Origin: Gemmatales bacterium
GTDB lineage: Bacteria > Planctomycetota > Planctomycetia > Gemmatales > Gemmataceae
Assembly: GCA_038211045.1 (NCBI GenBank)
Contig: JBBQWA010000001.1
Coordinates: 1-51,831, forward strand
DNA: 51,831 nucleotides
Direction of reading: 5' to 3'
Part shown: positions 38,477 to 47,838 of the stretch, piece by piece
Position numbering within the stretch: position 1 is the first letter of the stretch
Layout of the letters: the number at the start of each line of letters is the position of its first letter
Notes under the pieces: generated by a model
Seen by the model: the letters and a program-made list of their open reading frames with translations, nothing else
What the model was told of the DNA's origin: nothing
Database searches by the model: none
Translations under genes and position numbers: made by a program

Positions 38477-40081
38477 TCACGCGCTCTTGCGCTCAGCGGG
38501 ATGGAGCTTCAGCCCCTGTGGGGCGGCGGGAAGTGAAACGGTGAACCGGGAAGGGTGCTTGGAAGTGGGGGCGAATCGCACATCGCCGCCGTGGGCACGC
38601 AGGGTGCGCCACGCGATCGGCAAACCGAGGCCGCGACCGCGGCCCGCTTCGCGACCCGAGAAGAATGGATCAAACAAGTGCGGCAGCGCTTCCGGGGCGG
38701 GGCCGGGGCCGCTGTCGGTAATCGCGAACTCGACGGCATCCCCGGCATCCCGCCCGGCGAGGTGAACCCAACCGCCCGGCCCGGCGGCTTCCAACGCATT
38801 GCGAACCACGTGGCCGAGTGCGATCCGTAATTGTTGGGCATCCCCGAGGATGGTGCCGGAGGCACCCGCAATCTCCAAGGTTGCGCCGCGGGCTTCCGCC
38901 TCGGGTTCCAACTCTTTGCGAACCGCATCTAGCAAAGAATCGGCCCGGAGCAATTCACGGTGCGGCGGTGTGGGCCGGGCGAACTGCCGGGTGCCGTGGA
39001 GAATCTCGTGGATGCGCTTGGTCTGGCGGAGGATCGTGGCGAGTTGGGTCTGGTATTCCGGATCGGGATCGAGATTCTTCAAAAGTTGAACATTCCCCGC
39101 GATCACGGCCAACGGGTTGTTGATCTCGTGGCTCGCCCCGGCGGCGAACTCGGCCAAGCTCGCCAACTTCGCATCGCGCAGGGCGAGTTCGAAATCGGAT
39201 CGGGAATTAGCCAAGGTTTGAACCAGTTCGTCGATGCGGTCTTCCGCCGCGAGTAATCGTTCCGCACCGCTCTTAGATAGGGCCTTCGCCGTCATCCGCA
39301 ATAATCGGGGCAACAGCATCGCATCGATGTTCGAGAATGCTGCGATATCGGGAACCGGTTCCTCCGCGAATGCGGCCCACTCCGAGACTTCGCCTTCGAA
39401 GGGCGAAGCGAGGCCGATCGGTTCGCCGTGGGCTTCGGCCAGTTGAATCGCCGCACGCACCACGCGGATCAATCCGACGGGTGCACCCAGCCTCACAGCA
39501 TCGTCGATGCCGAGTTCCGGATAGCCGATCGTGGCGATGAGCCATTCGGGCATTCGCCAACGTTGCAGCAATCGCCGGGTGAGTGCCGGGGAATCTTCCC
39601 CAATGTACCAAGGGAGGGGCGCCAACAGCGCGGCGGCGGAAGCGGCATCGGCGGAACAAAGATCCGAATGTTGGGCGATACGATGGGCAATGCGGGAGGC
39701 GTGAAGCCCCAAACGGTGAGCTGTGGGTTGTTGGGGAAGTTCGGTAGAATCGAGTTCCCAGAGTCGGGCCGCCGTTTCAAAGAGCCACGGCTGAGCGAAT
39801 GTGGGAGCATCCAACGCGAAGGAATCGGGCCGGGGTGTCGGCCGCGAAAAGCGGAGGATGTGGAGTACGAGTCCAGGATCGGCGAGAACCGTTCCGAGAT
39901 CGGGAGTGGAATCGGTGAGGGCGAGCAGAGCCGCCACCGAGGGCCGCAGCCAAGGTTTGGCGAGTACCGGCGTGGAACCGCGAACACCGGAATTCACCGC
40001 TTGCCCCTTTATTGTCATTGCGAAGGTTGAACCGCGATGCAAAATTGCGCATCGCGGTTCAGCAGGATCGCAAATCGGCAC
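38477..40081 (-). CDS. Sensor histidine kinase (cytoplasmic, unrecognised N-terminal sensor region)
   Basis: H-box EFAAGASHEINNPLAVIAGNVQLL. The HATPase region is HVVRNALEAAG...ITDSGPGP...PFFSGREAGRGRGLGL. The GTG at 40081 lies 6 nt after the regulator stop; an alternative ATG is at 40018. Confidence 0.85.
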   Translation of the reverse strand: MPICDPAEPRCAILHRGSTFAMTIKGQAVNSGVRGSTPVLAKPWLRPSVAALLALTDSTPDLGTVLADPGLVLHILRFSRPTPRPDSFALDAPTFAQPWLFETAARLWELDSTELPQQPTAHRLGLHASRIAHRIAQHSDLCSADAASAAALLAPLPWYIGEDSPALTRRLLQRWRMPEWLIATIGYPELGIDDAVRLGAPVGLIRVVRAAIQLAEAHGEPIGLASPFEGEVSEWAAFAEEPVPDIAAFSNIDAMLLPRLLRMTAKALSKSGAERLLAAEDRIDELVQTLANSRSDFELALRDAKLASLAEFAAGASHEINNPLAVIAGNVQLLKNLDPDPEYQTQLATILRQTKRIHEILHGTRQFARPTPPHRELLRADSLLDAVRKELEPEAEARGATLEIAGASGTILGDAQQLRIALGHVVRNALEAAGPGGWVHLAGRDAGDAVEFAITDSGPGPAPEALPHLFDPFFSGREAGRGRGLGLPIAWRTLRAHGGDVRFAPTSKHPSRFTVSLPAAPQGLKLHPAERKSA

Positions 40082-40087
40082 GGCGGA

Positions 40088-40669
40088 TCAGGCCACCGCC
40101 GCCAATTCCATATCCAAGAGTCGGCACATCTTGTCCATGAGCATTTCGATGTCGAACGGCTTGCGTTCGAAATCGTCGGCTCCGGCCAGCTTCAACTCTT
40201 GTATCTTGTCGTCTTCCACCATCCCGCTGATGCAGATGATCCGAACTTCTTCCAAGCTCGGATCGCTCCGCACCCGCATACAGACTTCCTTACCGTTAAT
40301 ATCGGGCAGCATGACGTCCAACAGCATGATGTCCGGGCGGTACTCTTTCACCATCATACCGGCGTCGAAGCCGTTGGCCGCGATGCGGACTTCGAAGCGG
40401 CCATCGACTTCGAGGAGCTTGGCGGTCGATTCGACCAAGTCGATGTCGTCGTCCACGAGCAAGACTTTGCGCTTGCCGGATTCGAGGGCATCGGTGGGGA
40501 TGTTGTTGTCCCGCATGAACTTGTAGAGCAGTTCGCGGGGGATGCGTCGGAACTTGGAGCCGGGGACGCGGAAACCTTTGAGCTGGCCGTTGTCGAAACA
40601 GCGAATAATGGTCTGCTGGCTCACTTTGCAGATCTTCGCGGCTTCGCCCGTCGTGAACACCGTCTTCAT
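40088..40669 (-). CDS. Response regulator with N-terminal excisionase/MerR-type HTH (HTH_17) and C-terminal receiver
   Basis: The HTH is FTTGEAAKICKVSQQTIIRCFDNGQLKGFRVPGSKFRRIPRELL. The receiver is KVLLVDDDIDL...PDIMLLDVMLPDINGKEV...KP. Confidence 0.85.
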   Translation of the reverse strand: MKTVFTTGEAAKICKVSQQTIIRCFDNGQLKGFRVPGSKFRRIPRELLYKFMRDNNIPTDALESGKRKVLLVDDDIDLVESTAKLLEVDGRFEVRIAANGFDAGMMVKEYRPDIMLLDVMLPDINGKEVCMRVRSDPSLEEVRIICISGMVEDDKIQELKLAGADDFERKPFDIEMLMDKMCRLLDMELAAVA

Positions 40670-41731
40670 ACGTTCATCCTTGCCACCGGGAATTAACCGG
40701 CTCGCATGAAGGAAACCCTTTCCGCGTCGGCGTCCATCGCCGGGCGTGTGGGGTAGGGACCATCCTTGGCACGGTTGACCGCACCGACCTATTCTACCCA
40801 GAGTACTTAACCTTGGGCAATCTGAACAGGGAGGGCGATATCGGGTGTCGAATCCGCACCGGCTAACTGGCGAACGATCGCGGTTTGGGCAATCGGCGCA
40901 AGTCGGCGCGACCGAAGTATAACTTGGCGCTGGGCTGTGTCAACAGTTCCCTGCTCGGCTCCGTTCGGAAGTTGCTCGAATACCGAATCGCCCGTTCCTT
41001 AGAACCGGGATTCTTCCGCGAGAATTCCCAACCTCGCCAAACCGCCATTCGACAATCCAGATTCGTGCCGGGCGCCGCCTCGCTGAAAGCTCGGGTGCCC
41101 CGCCGTGGCAGTTCGAACATCAAACCGCGCCATTCACGGCATTCGCCAAAGGTTCGCCCTCGCGGGTTTCCCCCTCGGCTGTGGGAAGCCCCATAACGAG
41201 TCTTTTCGGATAAAGCAACGGGAACTACCGAACCCGCCGGGGCGTTGCCAGTCGCGTGAATTACCATGCCGAGGCTGGGGAATGTCTAACGTGCGGGGGT
41301 GTGAGCGAAGCGAACCACCGGGCGAGCCGGGTTGTGTCAGCACCCGGAGGGAAGGAAGTGAACCATCCCGATGCTGCGCGACGCTGAATCCGAAGACGTG
41401 GAATGCAATCGGCTCAATCCGTCGTTAGAACGACGACGGTGGAGGACTGCTATTTTCATTCAACTTCGGTGGACCAAAGGCGGTTCGGGCTCTGATACGC
41501 TCATTAGCAGCTTCCGTGTGTACGGCTCGAAGCACTCGGGATGATGACCTAGACCCGAAGTGCAGACCACCTGCCCGTCCCGCACCCAAGCGACCTCGCC
41601 AATCCTATGTAGCAGGCCAGCGTACACTGGGCACTCGACCACGACCAGAAGTAGGAGTGACGGGAAAGATCCCCTTTCACTTACCCCCTCGGCATGCATG
41701 GAGTTTTCGGCAAAGAGGGCTTCGTAGCAAC

Positions 41732-42847
41732 TCAATATCCTTGCTGAGCGATGATGTCGCCCCAATGGGCGGCGATCTTGGCCCGCTGTTCGCCCGTAAT
41801 CTGGTATTTGTTGGTCTCGTAGCTTTTGTTCCGGGCCGCGTATTCTTCCAGCTTCGGCCGCACATCCTCGAAGCCTTCTAACTTCAAACCCTCGTAAATC
41901 TTTTGCATGTTCCCCACCAGATCGGTTACGAATTCCTCGTACCGCACCTCGATGAGATTCCCGGCGGGAATACTCGCCTTCGCCGCTTCGTAACTCTCGT
42001 GGATGGTGCGGAACTCGCGGAACACCTTGGCTTCGAGGGCCTCGGATTGCACCGGCGTTTGAAAGCCGTGCTTCTTCCCCAAGCTCATCCAAAGGTTCAG
42101 CGTGCTGGCGAAGAGCGTGACCGGATCGCGCACCAGATGCACGAACTTCGCATTCGGAAACAACTCCAACAACACCGGCACGCGGGCCGTGTGCGGCGGC
42201 GACTTCATCACCAACCGCCGGGCATCGGCGTACCCAAGCGACTGCACGAAGCGGAAGAAAATCCGCTTCCAACGATCCCGCTCGCGGGGCGCGAGGCCTT
42301 GGAGGTTCAGCGAACCGGGATCGAGCGACGGCCGATTGGGGAACGCGAAATCGGTGTAGGTACTCGGCGCCCCGAGCAAAGCGAGGGCGAATTCATCTTC
42401 GTGGGGGCGCTGCCAGCCTTGGGCCATGTTGTCCATGGGCCGCTTCTCGGGCAGCAGAAAGTTCCCGTACTTTTCGATCACCCCTTCGCTCAAGAGAAAA
42501 TGGCACGGCTCGAAACATTGCAGCGTGGTGGGGTAGGCGTGGCGCGAATCGAGGATCAACAACTCGTGCAACAGCGTGGTGCCGGTGCGCCAGTGCCCGA
42601 GCACGAAGATCGGCGCCTCGGGCAACGGCGTTCGGCGAATACCTTCGCCGTGGAGGCCGAGTTGTAACCATCGCAAAATCGTTTGCATGAAAGATACCAC
42701 CGTCACTACGGCGGCGATGTACAGGTACTTCGGCTCGACGGCGAAGCGATTGCGGGCCAGCAACCGCAGCCACGTGAAGAAATCGCAGCCTTCCCAGACG
42801 CGCGGGGCCCACTCGCGCCGGGCCGGTGATGGTGAATTGGAAGTCAT
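41732..42847 (-). CDS. Sulfotransferase family protein
   Basis: PAPS 5'-phosphosulfate-binding loop FVLGHWRTGTTLLHELL, plus the later segment RLVMKSPPHTARVPVLLELFPNAKFVHLVRDP. Confidence 0.85.
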   Translation of the reverse strand: MTSNSPSPARREWAPRVWEGCDFFTWLRLLARNRFAVEPKYLYIAAVVTVVSFMQTILRWLQLGLHGEGIRRTPLPEAPIFVLGHWRTGTTLLHELLILDSRHAYPTTLQCFEPCHFLLSEGVIEKYGNFLLPEKRPMDNMAQGWQRPHEDEFALALLGAPSTYTDFAFPNRPSLDPGSLNLQGLAPRERDRWKRIFFRFVQSLGYADARRLVMKSPPHTARVPVLLELFPNAKFVHLVRDPVTLFASTLNLWMSLGKKHGFQTPVQSEALEAKVFREFRTIHESYEAAKASIPAGNLIEVRYEEFVTDLVGNMQKIYEGLKLEGFEDVRPKLEEYAARNKSYETNKYQITGEQRAKIAAHWGDIIAQQGY

Positions 42848-43047
42848 TCGCCTAATGAATGGGAATTGCGGGCGCGGGCAAGCCCGTTCACGCAGTGGGC
42901 AGTGGAATGGGTTCCTCCGTCAATCCACGCTTTTTGAATCGGCGGTATCCCAACACGGTGAGGAACGTCATGCCGAAGAGCAGGCCGGTGTTGTGGCCCC
43001 GACCATCACCCGCTGGAGACAAGGATGTCCGAACGCGCACCATCGGT

Positions 43048-43665
43048 TCACTTCTTCGCTTCCACCGTGAGCTTGATCGGAGCGCTCGTGATCGCGACGA
43101 TCCCGAAGCCCTCTTGCTTCTTCGAGCCTTCGGGAGCCGGGGAGACACCCGTTTTCAGCACCGCCGCGAGTTCGTACTCCCCCGGCTTCGTCCAGTAGGT
43201 GGATTTCGAGATGCCCCGCATGCCCCCGCTCAAGCTGGCGATGGGCAACTCCAAGGTCTTGCCCGCAGCGATTTCCACCGCCACCGGAATGCGGAATTCC
43301 ATGGTCATGGCCAAAGGCGGCTCGATCTGCTTCACGCCCGGCCCGGTGAGTTGGAATTCGAGGGTCACGGGGTCCCCGGTTTTCCAGATTTGGATCGCAT
43401 TCTCGCAGGTGTTGGTAATCACGAGCGTCAATTCCACGGCGGGAGCTTTCGGGGCGCGGATCTTACCTTTGCCCGCCTCGGCAAGCATCTTTTCGTAGTC
43501 GTCGCTACTCATGCCGCCGAGGTCGAGTGCGTACTTGGTGGCCTTCGCTTCGATAGTGGCTTTCAAGGGGGTGCCCTTCGGTGAAACCGAACCGGTTTTG
43601 GGTTCGTCGGCGATTGCCGGGGAAATGGCGATGGCGATGGCGAACAGAGAGAAGGCGGAACGCAT
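43048..43665 (-). CDS. Secreted hypothetical protein
   Basis: Signal peptide MRSAFSLFAIAIAISPAIA. 205 aa, beta-rich, no motif recognised. Confidence 0.65.
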   Translation of the reverse strand: MRSAFSLFAIAIAISPAIADEPKTGSVSPKGTPLKATIEAKATKYALDLGGMSSDDYEKMLAEAGKGKIRAPKAPAVELTLVITNTCENAIQIWKTGDPVTLEFQLTGPGVKQIEPPLAMTMEFRIPVAVEIAAGKTLELPIASLSGGMRGISKSTYWTKPGEYELAAVLKTGVSPAPEGSKKQEGFGIVAITSAPIKLTVEAKK

Positions 43666-43788
43666 GGAGGGCCTCGTTTCATTCGTGAAGGTAAAAATAA
43701 CCTACGGGAATCGAACACTTCGATAAAGACGTTGCTCGCAGGGGAATCGATTGCGATGAACCGGGTGCGACAATCTTTTCGGGCAAGA

Positions 43789-43972
43789 CACCCCCCCTCC
43801 CGTCCGAACTTCGTTCGGCCGACCTCCCCCACAAGGCCCACAAGGGGGGAGGTGGGTCTGATTGGTCAATGACGATGCACTAATTAATACACTGCCACAC
43901 TCTTCACCTCCCCCCTTGTGGGGGAGGTCGTCGGTCGAGCGCAGCGAGAACGGCGGGTGGGGGGTTGGGTGC
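43789..43972. repeat. MITE/REP-like long imperfect inverted repeat with nested hairpins around an A/T-rich core
   Basis: The left arm (43789-43853) contains hairpins CCGAAC-ttc-GTTCGG and ACCTCCCCC-n14-GGGGGAGGT. The right arm (43906-43972) contains ACCTCCCCC-cttgt-GGGGGAGGT followed by cgggtggggggttgggtg, which mirrors gacaccccccctcccg on the left. The 52-nt core is A/T-rich (attggtcaatgacgatgcactaattaatacact). Confidence 0.7.
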
Positions 43973-44053
43973 CAGAAAACTTTAGCATACCCGAAGAATG
44001 AAGAACCGGAGGAGCAAGCAATCCTCCGCCGAGCCGATATAATTCTGTCGCCC

Positions 44054-44866
44054 ATGCAAAACGTCACCCTCGCCTGCTTCGGCCTCAGTTACCTGCTGGC
44101 CTTACTCTTGGAACTCGCCCGGCTGAAATGGCCCAAACCCGGCCTGCGCACCACCGGGTTGATCCTCGGCGGGGCCGGGTTGTTCGCCCATTCTTGGTTC
44201 CTCGCCGTTCACCAACCCTCCCCGGCCACCGCATACGGGGCACTCCTCGCCGTGGCGTGGGTGTTGGGGATCTTCTACTTGTACGGTTCGCTGCACCACG
44301 CCAAGCGGGCGTGGGCGATCTTCGTTCTGCCGTTCGTTCTCGCATTGGTCGGTTTAGCGTTCGTGCTCGTATCCACGGATGCCGATGCGCAAAGCTTCGC
44401 CTTGGAATCCGGCCAACGCTTCTGGGGTGCCGCGCACGGAATCTTGATCTTGCTCGCATCGGTGGGAGTGTGCGTGGGGGCCATCGCCAGCGTGATGTAC
44501 CTGATTCAAGCCCGGCGGTTGCGGAAGAAGTTGAACCCGCTGGGCGGCGTGAAAATGCTGAGCCTCGAACGGTTGGAGTCGATGAACCGCCGGGCGATCA
44601 ACGCCGCGTTTCCGCTGCTCTCGGTGGGGTTGCTCATCGGCGTGCTGTTGTTGAAATCCGAGAATGTGATCACGCCCGATTGGTTTTCGTTGAAGGTGCT
44701 CGGCACGGTGGGCATTTGGATCGTCTTCCTCGTGCTCCTGTATATGCGGTACGCAGTCCATTTGCCCGGCCGCCGTTTGGCGATGCTCACGATCTTCTCG
44801 CTGGTGCTCGTGGTGGCGGTTCTGATCGCGGATCATTCCTTCGCCCGCCGGGGGGAATCGCCGTGA
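44054..44866 (+). CDS. Cytochrome c assembly family (HemX/CcsA-like) membrane protein
   Basis: Start MQNVTLACFGLSYLLALLLE. It is polytopic with W/H-containing helices. It lies immediately upstream of and overlaps hemA, the arrangement seen for hemX in other bacteria. Confidence 0.7.
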   Translation: MQNVTLACFGLSYLLALLLELARLKWPKPGLRTTGLILGGAGLFAHSWFLAVHQPSPATAYGALLAVAWVLGIFYLYGSLHHAKRAWAIFVLPFVLALVGLAFVLVSTDADAQSFALESGQRFWGAAHGILILLASVGVCVGAIASVMYLIQARRLRKKLNPLGGVKMLSLERLESMNRRAINAAFPLLSVGLLIGVLLLKSENVITPDWFSLKVLGTVGIWIVFLVLLYMRYAVHLPGRRLAMLTIFSLVLVVAVLIADHSFARRGESP

Positions 44867-46137
44867 ACCTCCGCGTGATCGGTTGTAATTTCCGCACGGC
44901 GGCGGTCGAATTGCGGGAAAAGCTGGCTTTCGACGATGCCAAGCGGGAACGGGCACTTTTGGAACTCTCCGCGCGCTACGGCTGCGAATGCGTGCTGCTC
45001 AGCACTTGCAACCGGGTGGAACTCACCGTGGCCGGCGGCGGCGAAGATTTCCCCTTCGATACCGCGATGGCAGCCGAGTTCCTCGGGGAAATCCACGGCT
45101 TGTCCGCGGCCGATATTCGGCCACTGTTGTACGAACACGCGAAAGAAGCCGGGGTGAAGCATTTGGCCCGCGTGACCGGCAGCCTCGATTCGCTGATCGT
45201 GGGGGAAGGCCAAATCGCCGGGCAAGTGAAGGATGCGTTCGAGGCGGCCCGCCGCCTGGGTACCACCGGGCCGCTGTTGAATACGCTGTTCCATCACACG
45301 CTGCGGGTGGCCAAACGCATCCGTACCGAAACCGGCATCGCCTCCGGGCACGTTTCCGTTTCCAGCGTCGCCGTCGATTACGTCAAACAAGTGTTCGATA
45401 CCTTCCACGATAAAACCGTGCTCATTATCGGTGCGGGGAAAATGGCACGGCTCACGCTCAAACACTTGCAATCGCTCAAACCCCGGCAGATTCTCGTGAC
45501 CAATCGGAGCTTGTCCAAGGCGATCGAAGTGGCGGATGCTTGCGGGGGAATGCCCGTGCCGTGGCAGGAACTCGACGACGCCCTCGCCAAAGCCGATATC
45601 GCACTCAGCACCACGGGGGCGCCGGAACCGATCATGCCGCGGAAGCGCTTCGTAGAAAAAGTGCAACCGAAGCGGCACAAGGGCACGCTGGTGGTTCTCG
45701 ATATCGCCGTGCCACGCGATTTCGATCCCGCCATCCACGACGGCGACCGCGTGTGTTTGTTCAACATCGACGATCTGATGCGCATCCGAGAACAAACCAT
45801 CGCCCAACGGCAGAAGTACCTCGCACCGGCCGAAGCGATCGTGAATGCGGAGGTGAAGAAATTCACCGATGAATGGAACCGCCGCAAGAGCGGCCCGATG
45901 ATTCAACAACTCCGGCAGGAAGTGGACAAGGTTCGCGCCGCGGTACTCGAACCGCTGTTGGGCAAGCTCAACGGCAAGCTGACCCCGGCGGAGAAGGAAT
46001 CGATCGAAGCGGCGTTCCGCCTCTTCCAGAACAAGTTGCTGCACGGCCCGATCTCGGCGCTCAACGATGCCGGGATCGAAGGGGAATCCCGCCGCATGCT
46101 CGAAGCCGTTCAAAAGCTGTTCGGATTGAAGGGGTAA
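44863..46137 (+). CDS. hemA: Glutamyl-tRNA reductase
   Basis: The GTG start overlaps the upstream stop (GTGA). Motifs: LSTCNRVEL (active-site Cys), SLIVGEGQIAGQVK, and the NADPH loop LIIGAGKMARL. Confidence 0.9.
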   Translation: MNLRVIGCNFRTAAVELREKLAFDDAKRERALLELSARYGCECVLLSTCNRVELTVAGGGEDFPFDTAMAAEFLGEIHGLSAADIRPLLYEHAKEAGVKHLARVTGSLDSLIVGEGQIAGQVKDAFEAARRLGTTGPLLNTLFHHTLRVAKRIRTETGIASGHVSVSSVAVDYVKQVFDTFHDKTVLIIGAGKMARLTLKHLQSLKPRQILVTNRSLSKAIEVADACGGMPVPWQELDDALAKADIALSTTGAPEPIMPRKRFVEKVQPKRHKGTLVVLDIAVPRDFDPAIHDGDRVCLFNIDDLMRIREQTIAQRQKYLAPAEAIVNAEVKKFTDEWNRRKSGPMIQQLRQEVDKVRAAVLEPLLGKLNGKLTPAEKESIEAAFRLFQNKLLHGPISALNDAGIEGESRRMLEAVQKLFGLKG

Positions 46138-46333
46138 CCGTGCTTGCCGAACGGCGGCCCGCCCTACATACCCAGTGGAATTTCACACCTGACGATTGTT
46201 CGCCCGACGCGGCAGCGAGGGCTTCCAGTGCGAAGAATTTGTCGAATTTGAAGTCGACGTTCTGGAAGCCCTCGTTGCCGCGTCGGGCTAACAGTAACAT
46301 TAACCTCACCATCGCACCGCCCGAGGATCGCCC

Positions 46334-47833
46334 GTGAAACTTCCCGTGCTCGCACTCGCCATCGCGTTTGCCGTTGTTCGCCAAGCTCCGGCTCAGGATC
46401 CGAGCCAACTGCTGCCGCTGTTCCCGAACGAGGTGAACTCGATCGCGGTGGTGAATGTGGCCGGGATTCTCGCCAGCCCGCGGGCCGTGAAGGAAGGTTG
46501 GACGAAGCTCGAGCACACGGAATACCTGGCCGGGGCCGTGCCGGTGAACCCGTCGGTCGAACGGATGATGCTGGCGAAAGAGTTCGTGCCGAGCCGGCCG
46601 AACAAGAACTGGCCGATGTCGATCGCGCCGTTGAAGAATGCGGTGAACATCGAGAAGTTCGCCAAGGCGTACCACGGGGAGGTGATCGACGTATCGGATA
46701 CCAAGGCCGCGCTCATCGGCACGGATAAGTACGCCGTGGCCGTGAAGCCGAACATCCTCGGCGTGCTCCAGGCAAGCAACAAGCAGGAAGCCGCCCGTTG
46801 GGTTCGGTACGCGAAGGATGCCAGCGGCAGCAAGCAGCCCGCTTACATAAACGCTGCGGTGAACGGCCACGCCAAATCCCACCACATCATGCTGGCAATT
46901 TCCACCGCGGATTTGCTCGACACCCAGAACGTCGGCGTGGCCATCGCCACCAGCAAGGTGCTGGAGAACGCCGAGGCCGCGAAGGACATTCAAGCGTTCT
47001 TCGCCAAGATGCGCGGCCTGCGGGCGATGATCATGGTGCGCGACACCGGCCTCACGGTCGATCTCTACCTCGAATCGGTTTGGACGGCCAAGCCCGATCC
47101 CGCTTTCCTCAAGGCGTTCGTCGCCGAGTGGCTCAACCACTACGGCGCCTTCCTCGAAGATTTCCCCGCCGCCAGCGTGGCCGTGGCCGAGGGAATCGCC
47201 CACATCAGTTTCAAAATCACCGACCCCGAGTTGGCCCGCGTGATGGGCCTATTCCTGCCGCCGCTTTCAAACGTGAGCGAAGAGAACAGCCTGACCGTGA
47301 CGCCCGCCGGGGTTTCCCCCGAAACCACGGGTAAGTACTACCGCACGGTGAACAAGATCGTCGACGACCTCGCCAAGCAGGCGAAGTCCGACAAGGTGCT
47401 GACCGCCCAGGATTACAAGAAGTATTCGCTCTGGTACGAAACCGCGGCGACCAAGATCGAAACCCTTTCGATCCTCGGCGTCGATCCCGCGGTGGCGAAC
47501 TACGGTTTGGGCACGGGGGCGCGCCTCCACAGCATCGCCGATTCCTTGAAAGGTGTGCCCGTGGCCGCCGACGCGCTGACAACGCAATCGTACAGCTACC
47601 GCTATTCGACCGTAGAGATGTACTTCAACGGCCGCATCTTCCTCCCGGTGGTGAACCCGTTTAACACCAACTCGAACTACAACGAGATTCAAGGCAAGAT
47701 CGATCAAACGGTGGTGCAAGACGAAGAGAATCGCAAGAAGCTCTTGGCGAGTATCGAGCGGGAACGCTCGAACGTCCGCCAGGCTTTCGCCGAGAAACAC
47801 AAGGTGGACATCGACACCCCGCCGAAACGGTAG
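46334..47833 (+). CDS. Secreted hypothetical protein
   Basis: GTG start and signal peptide MKLPVLALAIAFAVVRQAPAQ. 499 aa, non-repetitive. It ends 5 nt before the DUF559 gene. Confidence 0.75.
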   Translation: MKLPVLALAIAFAVVRQAPAQDPSQLLPLFPNEVNSIAVVNVAGILASPRAVKEGWTKLEHTEYLAGAVPVNPSVERMMLAKEFVPSRPNKNWPMSIAPLKNAVNIEKFAKAYHGEVIDVSDTKAALIGTDKYAVAVKPNILGVLQASNKQEAARWVRYAKDASGSKQPAYINAAVNGHAKSHHIMLAISTADLLDTQNVGVAIATSKVLENAEAAKDIQAFFAKMRGLRAMIMVRDTGLTVDLYLESVWTAKPDPAFLKAFVAEWLNHYGAFLEDFPAASVAVAEGIAHISFKITDPELARVMGLFLPPLSNVSEENSLTVTPAGVSPETTGKYYRTVNKIVDDLAKQAKSDKVLTAQDYKKYSLWYETAATKIETLSILGVDPAVANYGLGTGARLHSIADSLKGVPVAADALTTQSYSYRYSTVEMYFNGRIFLPVVNPFNTNSNYNEIQGKIDQTVVQDEENRKKLLASIERERSNVRQAFAEKHKVDIDTPPKR

Positions 47834-47838
47834 CTGTT

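Noticed and set aside
40845-40862. tmRNA-like 5' motif GGATTCGAC on the minus strand
   Set aside because: There is no GGGG acceptor start and no T-arm/CCA-type 3' end anywhere downstream. Only ~190 nt remain before the response-regulator CDS.
41324-41340. RNase P P4-like string (minus strand ACACAACCCGGCTC)
   Set aside because: I could not find the obligatory partner motif GAGGAAAGTCCGG or the GGTAAGGGTGAAA-type elements upstream on that strand.
41336-41365. SRP-RNA-like GTCAG...CCGGAGGGAAGGAAG segment
   Set aside because: The flanks do not fold into the long helix-8 hairpin. The conserved AGCA of the symmetric loop is absent.
41460-41699. Possible 60-79-aa Cys/His-containing small ORF (..VVECPVYAGLLHRIGEVAWVRDGQVVCTSGLGHHPECFEPY..) just downstream of the sulfotransferase gene
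   Set aside because: It only loosely resembles YHS/TRASH-type metal-binding motifs. The start is unclear, and it is the tail of an obviously spurious 270-aa ORF. The sequence alone cannot support it.
44863-44866. GTGA start/stop overlap between the hemX-like gene and hemA
   Set aside because: This is ordinary translational coupling in a known gene pair and is not noteworthy.
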